A stretch of DNA of 64,000 bases from the human T2T-CHM13v2.0 reference genome, Homo sapiens, in the NCBI RefSeq assembly GCF_009914755.1, contig NC_060936.1; one strand, given 5' to 3'. The notes beneath the pieces were generated by a model that worked only from the letters and a program-made list of their open reading frames with translations, had not been told where the DNA came from and did not search any database. Within the stretch, counting starts at the first letter, position 1. Every line of letters begins with the position of its first letter. Positions 37,626 to 52,474 of this stretch are shown here, piece after piece. A program made the position numbers and the translations under genes.

Positions 37626-38092
37626 ACTTCCTGTGCATCTTCCTCTTGGAGAGATCAAGTCACAGACACTGTTAAGAATGTTCTTTCTAGGGAAAGGGAA
37701 AGAAAATGTCAGCTTGGAGACTTAGTTTTTATTTCAAATGGCAAAAGAAGCACATACATTATTTTGGGCAGGATTAAAATATAAATGGTTGAATTTGTAA
37801 TTAAAATGTCAACTCTAAGAAGGCACTAAAAGAATGAAGGCAGTTGATCAAATACCATTCCTTATTTTTAGTGAGATATGCTGGGAGGTAAAGGCAGAGG
37901 TCATGGTTTGTTTTGTGCATCTATGCAAAGGGCAACTTGATTATTATCTTGTAATAATTGAGAATCATTTCAGACAATGGTTGGGTTAATAAAATTCTTT
38001 TTTTATTGGAAGGTTTCCTCAGCAATGAAAACTTCCATTTTTAATCATTCAAATTTGTACTTCTCATAAATATGGAAATTGGACTAGGAAAT

Positions 38093-38394
<302 letters not shown>

Positions 38395-38409
38395 TAGGAA
38401 ATATTTCTT

Positions 38410-38970
<561 letters not shown>

Positions 38971-39669
38971 AAACTTCTAATTTTTAAAAATTAGTTTACA
39001 TAAAAAGCAAACTAATTTTAATGAATTTATTAGGATCCAGGATCTCATTCTTAACTTTGTATGTTCAAGACATTGTATTATAAAAGGTTAACCATAATAT
39101 CAATGTTGTTAATTTACACTAAAAAACAAAACTGTCCATTACAACAGTTGTTTTTTACTTCTAATCAATATATATCTTCATGCAGGCAAACCAGTAATGA
39201 TGTTATAAGGGAGACATGGTCTCAGGACAGAGGAATTCACTGTATGATCTAAAAGCTCAATATCATCAAATCCTGACAATTTGATGTTTCAGTCTCCATA
39301 ATGGAGATGCCTCTGCAAGGGGAAAGTGCATGCCCCAATCTGTATGAACAGATACCACCATTGTTCAGGATTCTGTCTATAATTACCAAAATGGTACATA
39401 ACTGCTGAATACCAGCCCAATCTGCAAGGGAGATGGGACACTTGGGTCAATCTGTCAGGATACGCTCATCCTTACACAGCAAATGATGGAGTCATTGTTT
39501 TTATTCTATGCTTTTTTCTTGACCACCACAGCCTCTCTTTCTAAACACACACTGAATGCTACTTTTTTCTTCCCTTTGGGACAATAGAATAGAATTAATC
39601 ATCCTCTTCAAATTGTGGCTAAATCAGGTCATTCTAAGACTTCATGTTTATTTGGTGATATTTTATTAT

Positions 39670-40890
39670 TATTTTTCCACCAGCTCCTGTGCCCATTTCC
39701 ATTTCCCCATCTCTTTAATAGGCACACACTCCAGTATTTGTAATGTATGTTATTCCAGTCCACTTTCCATATGTGTACTGAGCTTTGAAAAATGTAAGAT
39801 GTGATTTTGACAGTTTTATATACATATACATTTTATGCCAAAAATAAGTTATAATTGCATTCTCTTTCTTACAATTTGTGTGCAACATTCTGTTCTTGAT
39901 GACCATTAATGTTAGAAAGTCTAGTTCAAAACTTCTGACTTTTACAACAGTAGTTCCACTCTGTGTGTATATTACATGTGAGGTAGCCATTCCACTAGCA
40001 ATGATCATGTGAGTTATTTCTACCTTGCTACCACAAGCTATACTATGTGAGCATATGGCACACTCAATCTTTTGATAGAACTTCCTGGTGTCTATATTCA
40101 AGAGTGAAATTGCTAGATTAAAACATATATACATGCATTTAACATTTTCTATTAGGTTTCCAGTATTTTTCTTGCTCATTTTAGGAGTTTTTTGTGTATT
40201 CGCAATATTAACTCTTGTCAGTTATAAAAATTGCAAATACTTTTCTCAGCCTGTCTTCTATTTATTTGTTTTGTCTAGGGGGTCTTTCATTGAAAAACAA
40301 CTAAATTTTGATGTAGTCAAATGTGCATATTTCTTCTCATGGCTTGCCTTTTTAGGGTGAGTATGGTTTACAATAATCTATTGTATATTTCAAATTAGCT
40401 AGAGAAGAAGAATTTGAGTGATACTATTATAAAGAAAAACAAATCTTTAAGGTGTTGGGTATACCAATTCAATCTTTACAAATATATGAATGTATTACAT
40501 TATCACACGTCTCCCCAAACCAGATACATCTACTATGCATCAATTTTTAAAAAAGGATTTTTTCCCTGATTACAATCACAGAGATATCATCTTGTGTCTT
40601 TTTCTTCATTATTTTACATTTACATTTTTACTTATCTAAAATTTATTTTAATATATGGTAAGAGATAGATATCTGACCTTATTTTTTCTTCATATAATGA
40701 CCAATTATCCTGACAGCATTTATATAATTACTTCATTCTCTTCCAAATTGAAGTTACCAAAATATCATATACTAAGTCACGTGGCTACAGAAGTCCACTT
40801 GTGAATTCCCTTTTTGCTCTACTGGTCGGTTTATCTGATCTGTTCTAGTACCATACTATTTTAATTATATGACTTTGTAATATAGCTTGA
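39670..40890 (-). mobile_element. ancient L1ME-type fragment
   Basis: Antisense L1 motifs (agagtgaaattgctagattaaa; ttctagtaccatactattttaattat). Confidence 0.65.
40355..40555 (+). mobile_element. L1MA (4A/5A-like) 3' end inserted in L1ME
   Basis: tacaataatctattgtatatttcaaattagctagagaagaagaatttgag...tatgcatcaatttttaaaaaa. Confidence 0.75.
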
Positions 40891-41257
40891 GTACAAACCA
40901 GAGATGTAATGTCATAAAGATATTAAACTCTTTCTAGTTTAAATATTTAATGTTCTAATAACCATACTGATACTTTTTTTTTTGAGCCATACAAATTGGT
41001 TCTAAAGTTTGTATGGAAAAGTAAATTAAGAGTAACCAGAAAAATATTATAGTAGAAAAGAATGAGGGGAATTAGTTCCATAATATGTTAAAACATAATA
41101 TAAATTCACTACAATCAAAAGATGTAATATAATGAATGAATATGCAAACTAATGGAATAAAGAAATTAGAAATCAATCATAAATATAGTAATTCTGTATA
41201 TAATAAATTTTAAAACTCATAATCATAAATGAAAAGACAGACTTTTTAATAAAAGCT

Positions 41258-41463
41258 TGTGATGGCTAATTTTAGGTATCAACTTGACTGGGTTAAGAGA
41301 TACCTAGGTATCTGGTAAAACATTCTTTCTGGGTATTTCTAGAAGAGATCATTCGTTTGAATCAGTAGACTGAGTAAAGAAAATCTACCCTCACTAATAT
41401 GAGCAGGCATCATCCAATTCATTGAGGGTCCAAATAGAACAAAAAAGTGAAAGAAGAGAGAAT
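41258..41463 (+). mobile_element. MLT2B-like LTR, 5' half (ERVL)
   Basis: tgtgatggctaattttaggtatcaacttgactgggttaag...gaatcagtagactgagtaaagaa. Confidence 0.85.
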
Positions 41464-42265
41464 GTTAAAAATTGAAAACCAACTGTAACCAGTGAATATT
41501 ACTATATAGTAGGCTGCTAGAAAAACCTTACAGATAAAAGATTTACTCTACATGACCTTAGAACAATAATGACTGTAAATCCCTAGCCATATGCAACTTA
41601 AGGACTAAAAACTGCGAAAGAATCTTAAATTTCATTTAGCCATTTTATTGTTAGTAAAATTTAAAGTAAACTATTACTAGTTTAAAAGTATTACATTTTT
41701 ACCATGGAATAAAGCACAGAATTATGTTAATATTGTTAGATATTTAGAATAAGAGAGAAAAGATACAATTATAAAATCAAAGAGGTTAAGAAATACTAAA
41801 TCTGAATGGGAAATATCAGTGGAATTCATATTTTATTCTTTAAAAATATGTATTTCTTAATTCTGGTTGTTAAAAAGGCCTAAAAGCAATGATAACCCCA
41901 GTGCAGGGAGCAGGCATAATGCCCAGATTGTGGTTTCTAAGAAATATTTCCCACTAAAAGAGCTTTGGATTCTTTAGAGAAATGACCGATTCCAGCTCTG
42001 GGGCAAAAAATACACAAAATAAACCTGTCTATCTTATGCCAGAAGACAAGAAAGCTATCAAATTCTTATGGGTTTGCATAAAAAGGATATAGAAACCAAC
42101 TGGAAGAAGTTCTCACTTGCCAATATAGAAAAGCATTTTAGCAACTCCCCCCAACGTCTTCCCCCCACGAAAAGACTGCACCTAATTAAAACATATTGAA
42201 TATGTAAATACAATTCATTTGTAAGTGACACAAGCCATGAAGACAAAGATTCCAATGAAAATGAA

Positions 42266-42462
<197 letters not shown>

Positions 42463-43581
42463 TTATTGGTATTTTTTGTTAGGTATGGTAATAGTATGTT
42501 TTAGGAAAATGTCATTTATGTTACTAACACTCTTATTATTTTGAGATTCTTTCTAAAGTAGATAAAAATCAAATTTCATGGGATCTAGGATTACTTAAAA
42601 AAAAACTTGTAAAAAAAGGGGTTAATGTGAGGGAGGGGAACAAATATGGCAAAGTGTTGATAAATGTCAAACCGGGGTGCTTGGACTCTTTATTTTTGTT
42701 ATACTCTATATTTTCATGTTTGAAATTTTCTTTAAAATAGTTATCACACAGTATGACCTGGCCAGAACATGGGGAGGAATAAAGGTGGCAGGGAAGCTGG
42801 AGAGTAGAAACAGAGTCTTGACCTCAGGTCTAGGATGCTGCCTGTGCAGGTGACCACTGACCATGCAGGCTACCTATCACAAAAACAGCCCAGCAACCAG
42901 GAGCAGGTTGAAGGGGACCAGCTGCATGAGAGGCAGTGCAACTCAGGCTGCCAATGTTCCAGGCAAAAATAATCTGTGGAAATCAGGCCAAAGCTGGCCT
43001 CAACAGACCAGATAATTAGCTACAGGAAGAAAATGTTGCCAAATCCAGTATGAAGTTTGGTTCTTGTTTGACCATTTCAGAATAAAAATAAAATCAACAT
43101 GTAGTTATGTACTCAGTTCGTAAGTGAGGCAAGTTACAATTGGTTCTGGCATTTATTCAATGAGGCAAAAAAGTTTATGATTGCTCTTCCCTTGTAATAA
43201 TTTCTTATACATTGAAATACATGATAAATGTACTTCTTGACTTTCTACTGAGATTAAAAAGTTAGAATCAGTTTAGCCTTCTTATTTTTTCCCAGTCCCT
43301 TTATTATTTTTCTTCTCATTTGGAAATCTCAAAATCTACACTGTAATTGCAGAGTACATCAACATACTATAGAAATATCAGTAAACTTTAAAGGAAAGAT
43401 GTAGGGACTCAACGAAGAGCAAGACTTCTGCACATTAAACAGTAATCATAGGAGTTGCATGGACTGATGGGGCAGAAAATTGACCTGCAAATAGATAGTG
43501 GCTCAAATTACACTGGCATTTTCAACAAAGCAAGCTCCCCTTAAAGTAGATATAATATCCTGCATCCAGAGATGGAAATGA

Positions 43582-43720
43582 TTCCTTCCTTCCTTCTTTC
43601 CTTCCTTCCCTCCCTTCTTTTCCCTTTGTTTCCCTTCCTTTCCCTTCCCTTCCCTTCCCTTCTCCTTCCTTCTTTCCTTCCTCTCTTTCCCTCTTTCCTT
43701 TTCCCTTCTTCCTTTCTTTA
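43582..43720. repeat. (TTCC)n/(TTCCC)n polypyrimidine tract
   Basis: ~140 bp of almost pure C/T sequence. Confidence 0.95.
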
Positions 43721-46700
43721 TTCTATAACACAGTCAGAAGACTAAAGAAGAGTTTGTGTGTGTGTGTAAAATTCTCATAAGTATCAGCAGGTTGCCAAGT
43801 AGATTTGTGTATGAGACCTACTCCTTCCAAATATAGGTCTTCTGTCTCTCTCTCTCCAAGACATCATTTTTTTTATCATTTTATTGTCTCAAGTCCAAAA
43901 ACGTTGTCTTCCCGTCTTCCTTGGGGTATTCAGTTACCTGTCTTGATTTCTTTTCCTGACTCCTTTTTAACTTCAACATGCTATGATGCCCAATCAAGTA
44001 AAGATTCCATGAAGTGTTTAGGTTGAGAGACAATTTTCTAGGTGATTTATTTTTTGTTTAATGGAAATTGGAAGTTGTATATACATTTCTTCTGCTTAAG
44101 GATGAGAAATTACATATCAAAGAGAATAAAAATTAGAGGGGGAACCAAATAATTCCACTGTTCTTATTTTGTTTAGAATGAAAATATATGCTATGTTAAA
44201 TATATGTGGGTGTGTGCTTAGCCATTAAACCCTCAGCGCTCCATTTATCATGTGTTTATGCAACTGATGTGATGTAGTTTGGAAAAACAAAATATTAGAA
44301 AAATGGATGCCTTAGTTTGGCTTGTGTAATATTGTACACTAATTTTTAATTTTTATTTCAGTACCTGCATATGGTTTAGAAATTTAGATAGCACTAAAGT
44401 CTCATTTTAAACACACCCCCACCAACTCCCAGCCCCTACACACAGAAGTTACATGTCCCGCCTTCTCACCTCTGAGTCCTACTGCTTAAGGAATATTATT
44501 TTTCAACATTTTCAGCTACTATTCTAGTATTTACTTCCATATATCCAAACAGTATGCTTATTGGCCACTAAATTTTTTTTTTTCAAATTAGGATATCTAA
44601 TGGCTTTCTATTCTGAAGATTTAACCCTTTTACATTATACTCCACTCCAATGAACTTCCCCTTTATTCCGGTACATTTATTTAATAAATTTTGGCTAAAT
44701 CACTATTAGGCACTTGGTATACTATGATTACATTTTTTTTCTTGCATAACTTTTCATTTCTCCTGGACTTCATAATCTTTTTTTATTTGCATAGTTTTCT
44801 ATGTATCTAGAAAATTCAGAAGGCGAGGAGGAGCACTGAACATCACTATGCCTCTCAGGAATTGGCTGAGAGTAGTTCTCTAGCTGGCATGCATCTGGGG
44901 TCGATGGGGAAACTGCTCCTAGGAGACAGGAGGCCTAGGAGCAGTGTGTGCCGTAGTGCTAAAAGACCTTGAGATCTTACTAGGGTACAGACATAGATAA
45001 GACTGCAGAGAAAGAAAGGCAATATATGTTGCTTGGAGAGGTTGCATGCTAAAAATGAAAGGAAATCTACTTACAAGAAGCCTCCCAGTGACATGAGAAA
45101 TATTTTTACTAAATTTATGCCTAGGGTGCCAAGTATGCAGAGCTTAAAGGGTAAGTTGAAACTAAGACCTTGTAAATATGTGGAATCAAGGAGCAAAAAA
45201 ATAAAAATAAAAATGGCTCAGGGAGACTGCAATGCCTTAAATGCTTTAAGAGATAAGGGGATTGCATAGAGGTAAGTGTTTTCCTCCAAGGATAGGGGAC
45301 ACTTGTGACGATGACAATTTAACTCTCAGTGTGACCACTGTTGGAAAGGAATTTCAGCTCCCAGATTGTGAGTTTCAGACTACTGCTCACAGACTTAATG
45401 GCCTCCTGCTGCCCTGATGCCAAGGCATTTTCCCCACTTATCTCTCATATTTTATGTCTACTCCTCTTTCCAAGCTAATACTGAGCTTTGACTTTGGTAT
45501 ACTTTTGTAGGTATGGGTTGTCTTGAGGTCTGGATCATTAATTTTACCTAGGAATTTTGCTATAGATACCAAGGATTTGTTTTATGCCTATGAGGCCAGT
45601 GATGTGATAACCTCATATCCTATTTCATCTGACTGGAAAAGAGATACACAAATTTTAAAAGCTGAAACAACTTCGGAGGTGCCAGTGGAAGACAGCACAA
45701 GATGAAACAGCTGCTAAAGAAACCCAGATTAAGGTAATATCCTTTAACTGAGTTGGGCTAAAGAGAAAATTGATTTTGAACATACATTCTTTAATGCACA
45801 AGAAGGATATTTTATCAAGGGATTTAATTCTTTCTGGTAATTTCATCTTTGGAGGATGTATATATTATTAATTTTCTGGGCATTGTACCATTTGCTATAT
45901 TATGTTGTTGTTTGGGTATCTCTTATAATCTCAGATGAATTATGGTGAATAAGGTTACTGGGCATAAGTCGAAGTGTGAAATAAAGTTGACTTTTTATGT
46001 AGACAGCATCACTGACTTAACGAATGTTCTGATCCACACCAAAGCATTTGAAGGTCAACCATTAAAGGGGCCATTTCACAAATTTCAGGAGGATGTATCA
46101 GGGCCCCTGGTGGTAGTGTTGCCTGGCATCCTGAAGGACAATTCATTCTTCCATTCATACTTACAGTTGACAAGAGGCTTGGCTGTAAAGTCTATGGACT
46201 ATGACAGAACAAAAATTTGTGGAATATTGATGAGACCGCATGACCCTACGTTACTGTTTTGGTCCAGAGACAAGGGTATTTTTGTTTTCCATCCTACCTG
46301 GGAAATAGTCTCATATGTCACATCCTTACTTACTCCTTCCTTCAGGGGATCATGAGTACAGTCTGAACATTCTTTGAGTCATGGCTTTTTGCTAGTGAAT
46401 AGGGTTACTTTGATTTAAGACTAGAAAAATGGCACCATCTAGTCAGAAATTTAGTTGCCTTACCTTGTTCTTTAAGTCTCCATGAGGAAAGAGAAAAATA
46501 AAGGCTTTTCCCAGAAGGCCCAGCTAAGTCAGCTCTCTCAATTACAGCTTCTTAGTTGCAATTGGGTGAGTAAATCAAATCAGCCTTGCCCAATTTTGAA
46601 AATTTCTTCAATTTGTTGGTGCGGGAAAAAATGGCCCATCCTGTTGTTAAAGTCAGTGTTGTCAAAGAACGCTGCCCTTTAAGACAAAAATAAGCACTTG

Positions 46701-46928
46701 ATTGGCACTTGATGAATAAACCTGACACCTGAGTCTCATTAGCTATCAACTCCTTGTGCCTATTCTCTATTACTTCTGGAAGGGTGATTCTTCCATTTCT
46801 TCCTTTTGCAAAGCTTCCCAGTGTGTCGGGTGACTATGAAGTAACTTGAACTGTCACACTTACATCAGCCAACCGTATGACCCCATTGGTAGATACTTTG
46901 GTAGGCCAAGCTGATGAGCATCTGGCAA

Positions 46929-47095
46929 AGTGGGTCTCAATCCTGGATTGGAATCATCTGAGGCACTTAAAAAATTATACCATCTGGCTCTACTCCCAAG
47001 AGATTTGATTTAACTGGTCTGAGTTGCACTCCCAGGGTTGATGTTTTTATAATGGTCCTAGGAGTTTCTAATACGCAGTCAGAGTTGAGACCTAA
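46929..47095. mobile_element. MER5B-like MITE
   Basis: agtgggtctcaatcctgg...ttggaatcatctgagg...gcagtcagagttgagacc. Confidence 0.6.
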
Positions 47096-47289
47096 ATATG
47101 ATTAGAAGCTGAACAGCGAGTACACTTCTCCTGAAACAAGCAAGAAATTCGGCTTCCAGGTAACACGACACTACTTTCATTAAGGCTTATTTTCCCCCAT
47201 TCCTTCAACCCTAGTTTCCTCAGGGAAGAAGCAAAGAACTATCATTAATAATTTACAGACTTTGTTCCAAAGGCTGTAAAGGGTAACAT

Positions 47290-47430
47290 CTCTGGTGTTA
47301 ATCCTCTTCACAGCAGCTATATTTTCATCTTATGGAAAAATCCAAGGCTAATGGTAAAATAACTTCCCCACGGTCACACTGGTAAGTGGAAAAATCGGAT
47401 TAGAATACTGGGCTGTTTGAATTAATCCAT
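47290..47430 (-). mobile_element. MIR fragment
   Basis: taatcctcttcacagc...aataacttccccacggtcacactggtaagtgg. Confidence 0.55.
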
Positions 47431-47644
47431 TATCTTATTTCAAACTTATTTGGTAAATAGTTTTACAAGTTTACATTTTAACACTGGTATATCTTTATTT
47501 ATTGAAATTCATTGTATTTGCAACTGTTTTAAGAGAAAGGAGTAGAGTCAATTTGCCTTTACTCCACTATCTTTAGTTGTAAGTCAAAGTACAACTCCAA
47601 ATTTATTATTACCAGTAACTTCCCAAATGTCAGAGGTGGCATAG

Positions 47645-47770
47645 GTTGCTTAGCAGTTAAAAGAGTATTGGACTTGGAGCCAGACCACATCAGTTCAAAT
47701 CTCACCTCTATAGTCTGTCCAACCTTGAGTTTACCTGACACCTCTATGCCTCAATTGTTTCCACATTATG
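47645..47770 (+). mobile_element. MIR fragment
   Basis: agagtattggacttggagccagacc...gttcaaatctcacctct...ctctatgcctcaatt. Confidence 0.65.
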
Positions 47771-49399
47771 TTTAAGTGTTAATGTTATTAATTAATTCTG
47801 AATTATCGGCTTAAGGTATTGCATACTAAGGTTTTCCCTCTAATCTTCCTATGCTCCTATCTTTTGCTTTACCCCCATTATTTATTTTTATCATCCAGCC
47901 AACAGCCCTTCTAGCCTATTAGCCTAAAGTTTCCAAGGCTTAATGTATTGCAGGCTACCCAAATATTTTTACTTTACAGCAGAACACAAATCAAACCTAA
48001 TTTGACTGCAGGTGTTAAAACTCATGGAACTTGGCAGAATTAACAAATTTTAGCTGCATGTGGAACAAGTTGAATGTTCGTGACTCTGCGCCTTGGGTAG
48101 GATTGTGGTTTCGTATGCTGGAAACCTGTAAAGATGGCTGCATGCCAATCCTTTGAGTTAGAGACTTTGAGAGTCTCTGCAGAAGCTCTGTTGGCCAGTT
48201 TTATTCTCCAATAGCTTGAGAATAAGTAAATAAGTGGCTAACATGCTGTGCTAGTTACAAGTACTGTAGTCTGCTTGTTCTGCTGATTTACAAAGTAAAT
48301 GTGTGAGTTTAAAACTTGTCACACAGAATGTTGTTAATTACCTTTGAACCTGGACCATGGTGAGAGAGAACTTTGGCAAGAGTACCAATGTGTATCTGCA
48401 GTATGTAAAATTCTTCTTCTTACCTACTTTGATGCAAAAACATCATTACTTGGGTTCCTAAGTGTTAGTTTAGAATCAATCTTTATATCTTGTGTCAACC
48501 TTTTAAAGATTTCATAGTAATTATAGAAATAGAAAATCATTCAAGTATGCTGAATATCTCTTATTTATACATTTATGATATCCGTGTTTAAGAAGACAAA
48601 AATATGGTCAATATGAGTTTACTGTTTAGATTGCAAGATAGCACATAAAATATAGACAACATATAAGTAGTATAGGTATTCAATGCTGTAAATTACAAAC
48701 ACAAGACACGTGGTCAGACAAGACTTCAAGGAAAAGTAATGGCTTGAAAGAAAAGCTTTGAAGAATAGGGTTAGTGAGATTATTGTCATGTGGGAATGAC
48801 ATGAACAAAGGTATTGCCACAAGAATAAGTTAGGTATGATCACAAACAGGAAGGAAAGGTTTGTGTTCAGTATCATATCCCTTTTAGAAAATGTACATTT
48901 AGAATTTTGCTTGCCCTTCTGATTAATCTTTTTCACTGTTACAAAAGCCATTTTTGAAGTAGCTTCTGTAGTGTACTTCTAGAACATATGCCTTATTCTG
49001 ACTTTTGTCATAGAATGTTGAGAGAACTAGGTAGTACTGATCTCTGGGATCACCCTTTCCTGGCAATGGCAGAAGGTTGAGGATTACCTGTTCACTGGTT
49101 CACTGCTTGTTCACCACCAACCTACTGTTGTAGATGCCATCATGATGTCAGAGAGCTCATTCTCCACTCAGCACCACTTGCGCCTTTGCTGATAAGCTAA
49201 GTTCTCTTGTAGGAAGTCATATATAGCATCTTGATTTCTAGCTCCTTCTACATCTAATAATGCGGTGAAGATGGATGGATAGAAGGACTTAAAATAATCC
49301 TTAGATTTCTATGGATGGGCGTTGTTTTCTACTCCCTCTAAGTAATAGTAGCAGAGGCTTGATCAGTACAGCCCTTTCTTCCAAACCAAAGCACCAATA

Positions 49400-49660
49400 T
49401 GACATTATGGTTAAGGGTATAAATTCTGGAGCCAAATTGCTCTGTTTGAATCCTGGCTCCCCAGTTTCTAGCGCTGTTGACTTGGCCAACATATTTAGTT
49501 TCTTAGTGCATTGGTAATTTTTTTCTGTAAAATGGAAATGATAATAAATGTCTACTTTCTTGGATTGTTCTGAGATATTTAAATATTTAATATATGCCTT
49601 TAAAAAGTTCCAGGCACAAAGTAAGAACTCAAAGCATTGTATAATTGTAGTTATAATTAC
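49400..49660 (+). mobile_element. MIR SINE, near full length
   Basis: atggttaagggtataaattctggagccaaattgc...tttgaatcctggctcc...ctgtaaaatggaaatgataata...aggcacaaagtaagaactcaa. Confidence 0.8.
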
Positions 49661-51692
49661 ATATTTTTGTTTACTAATATTTTTTCTGTCACTGAATATT
49701 TCCTACTACATAGGCTAAATACAATGGTCAAAGCTTCAAATGAACCATGACAGGCTTTTACGTATTTCCTCATTTAAAAAAAATCACCCTGTTATATTCA
49801 CCCCTCTATGTACTGGTGGAAGTTTCACATTTCTCTGGATAAACTGTGCCCTTATCGTCAGCTATCATGTAAATGTATACTCAACTATCTCAAAGACTTT
49901 TCAGCAAGAAATGTTCTACCTTGCTTCCCCAGTTGCTAAGAAGGGAGAAGGAAAACAATTTTCTCTACTCCCTTTAGCTCCCTTTCACTCCCCTTTACCC
50001 CCCTCAACACAGACATATTGGCACTAATTCTTCTTCGGGAGACTAGAATAAGAAAACATGAATAAGGATTTCTAGTCTTCCACATTAGAACCTTTTGGAC
50101 ACAAGTTTAAACAAATTTGTCATATGTTAGCCACATGTTTAAAAGTCAGCCAAGTCATTAGATGTCTAATATCCAAACGTAAGCTGCAGAGTTTAGAACT
50201 ACAGTACAAAATTCCCTTTTTGTTCAGAGTTGGGCTACACAGTGGAGTTTTAATGTTGTATGATTTAAAGGGAACCTGACAGCCTTCTTTTTCCATCCAA
50301 AGAATATCCTTCTTTACCCTGTGTCTCTTTTACTAAAGGATTTTTGGGGAAAATGATGAAGTCTTGTAGGCTAATGCAAGTTAGATTACTTTCTGTCCAG
50401 GGAGGATTAGGAAGTATGAAACTAGCCAGTATATTGGAATACTCAGTTGAGTAAGAGGAAAACATGGGGAAAAAAGATAGGGCCCTTAATTAAACTTTAC
50501 CCACATGATTCTCTTGCTGAAAGAGTTTCTGTTTTACTTACTTCTAAAATTCTTTGAAGGCAGATTGGTTCCGTCTAGGCCTCCCTATGTTATCAGGTAA
50601 GTAATGGTTACCTCTTATAAAATAGAACCATCAAGACCATCAAAAGCATTAGCTAGAACCAAAGGCTATTTTAATTTAAGTAAGGATAGAGATATTTGAC
50701 TTTGAGAGATGGTCTAATACCCGATGGTCGTGATGTGACATGTAAACAATATTCACTTAGTGGAAAGCAAGAGCAGAGTAACTACCCACTGTTTAGTCTT
50801 AAATGTATTTCTTCAAAAGTGATTCTGTTAGTTTATATCCCTTGTTGTTGCCAATAAGTACAAGTATAGAAGGAAATTAACAAAATATCTGCAAACCCTG
50901 TGAGGCCCCATCTGAAATCTAGCTATGAGACACTGACTCACCCAAATATCATTATTCAGAAAATTTTATTTCCACTGATTTCACTTATTCTCATTGCCAA
51001 TAATAAAAATGGTAACAGACTAAAACTTTTCTTGTTTCAATTTTACCTTTGGAAACCATCTATATTTTTGTATAACTGTTAGTTTCCAATGTATTCAGTA
51101 GTCTTACCTTTAATACTAACTCCTTTTTTTGGACCTTAGGATTTTTTTTTTTTAAAGCTTTAAACTAAAGCTGGCCTGATTAGCAAGATCGAGTAATATA
51201 TACTTTTTGAGTCATTATACCCATATGCAGATCATAGCTTTTTAGCCACCTGGCTACATATGATCCTTCAGCCACACTGGGAAATGCTACCTTATATAGA
51301 TGACTGAATCCATTAGGGCTGGCTTTGCTTTTGGGGCTATGAATTGTTTGTGGAATACAGCAAGTGTAGACCATAAACACTATAGGTTAAAAATTTAATT
51401 CAGTTGTGGATGTGATAAAACATGAAAATAGCAAATCATGGGTCTTGAAGTTTGACCTCAATTCAGATCTTGCCTCATTACTTGTTATATGACTTTGAGC
51501 AAGTTATTTAAACTTGGAATGCTAGTTTCTTTTCTTTAAATGAAGATTTGAAAATATTCCTAGAGGGCTAGTATAAGAAGGTAACAAAATAAAACACATG
51601 AAAGGTGGATGTGTTGTTGATCATCAACAAATAGTAGTTGCTAATATTAACATGAGAGATTTCTAAATTTTCTTTAATCCACTTAATATCAA

Positions 51693-52474
51693 TGTCATCC
51701 AAAAGACTGCCAGGAAGGCTAAATAGTAGAAAGGAGAGCTTTATTGGTAATACCAGTTTGCAAACCGGGAAGAGACTGTCTCCTGCATGTATCGAAGGTG
51801 CTCTCTCTTTGAAGAACAAAAGGGTAGGTTGATTTTTATGCCTCGCAGGGTCTGCATTATACAATAGAATCATACATATTCAGCAAGTTTAGGGTGGAAA
51901 GCCATGCATATTTATGAGGGGAGCTGAGAGCATGTGGAATGGATAAATATATAGGTAACATGCATTCCATGTTCACCTTGGGGCGGGGTTTTATGGTTGG
52001 TGCAAAAGTAATTAGAATTTTTGCCAGTAAAAGTAATGGCAAAAACTGCAATTACTTTTCCACCAACCTAATAGCATTAAAATAAGGTGGAATTTGGCTC
52101 CTTTTGTCAAAGATAAACTATAATATACAAAGACAGTTTGTGCACAGTTTCTGTAAGCTGGCTGAAACTGGATTGAGGTCTAAAAACATCATCAGGAAAT
52201 AATGTCTGTAGGGCCAATTCTTTGTCCAATCAAGAGTTGTAGTGATCTGGGTTAATAATCAGAGTTAGGAAGTGTCTGACAATTTGCCTGATAGCTCCTA
52301 TTGTTAGAGAGTTTAGCAAGAGTGTGGTTTTTCTGGTAGCCATAGGAGTTTAAAAAGTTGCCATGCCAGTCGAGCCCTGAACTCTTTATCTGCAGGTAAC
52401 TTTTGTTTCCTTAATCTTAGGGTCCCTCTTAGTTGATAAAGGGGCATGCATCTATTTTGGTCTCTCAGATCACA
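51693..52474 (-). mobile_element. MER39 solo LTR (ERV1) carrying a MADE1 insertion
   Basis: Minus strand begins tgtgatctgagagaccaaaatagatgc...aaggaaacaaaagttacc; ~700 bp after removing MADE1. Confidence 0.8.
51992..52071. mobile_element. MADE1 (Hsmar1 mariner MITE), 80-bp palindrome
   Basis: ggttggtgcaaaagtaatt...ttttgcca/tggcaaaaa...aattacttttccaccaacctaa followed by TA. Confidence 0.95.

Noticed and set aside
39715-40179. 154-aa minus-strand ORF
   Set aside because: Sense strand of a decayed L1ME ORF2 end/3'UTR.
40560-41257. Inverted L1 fragments suggesting twin priming
   Set aside because: The two pieces overlap the same ORF2 segment (around YYKA...W) by well over 100 bp and are very diverged; two independent elements are more likely.
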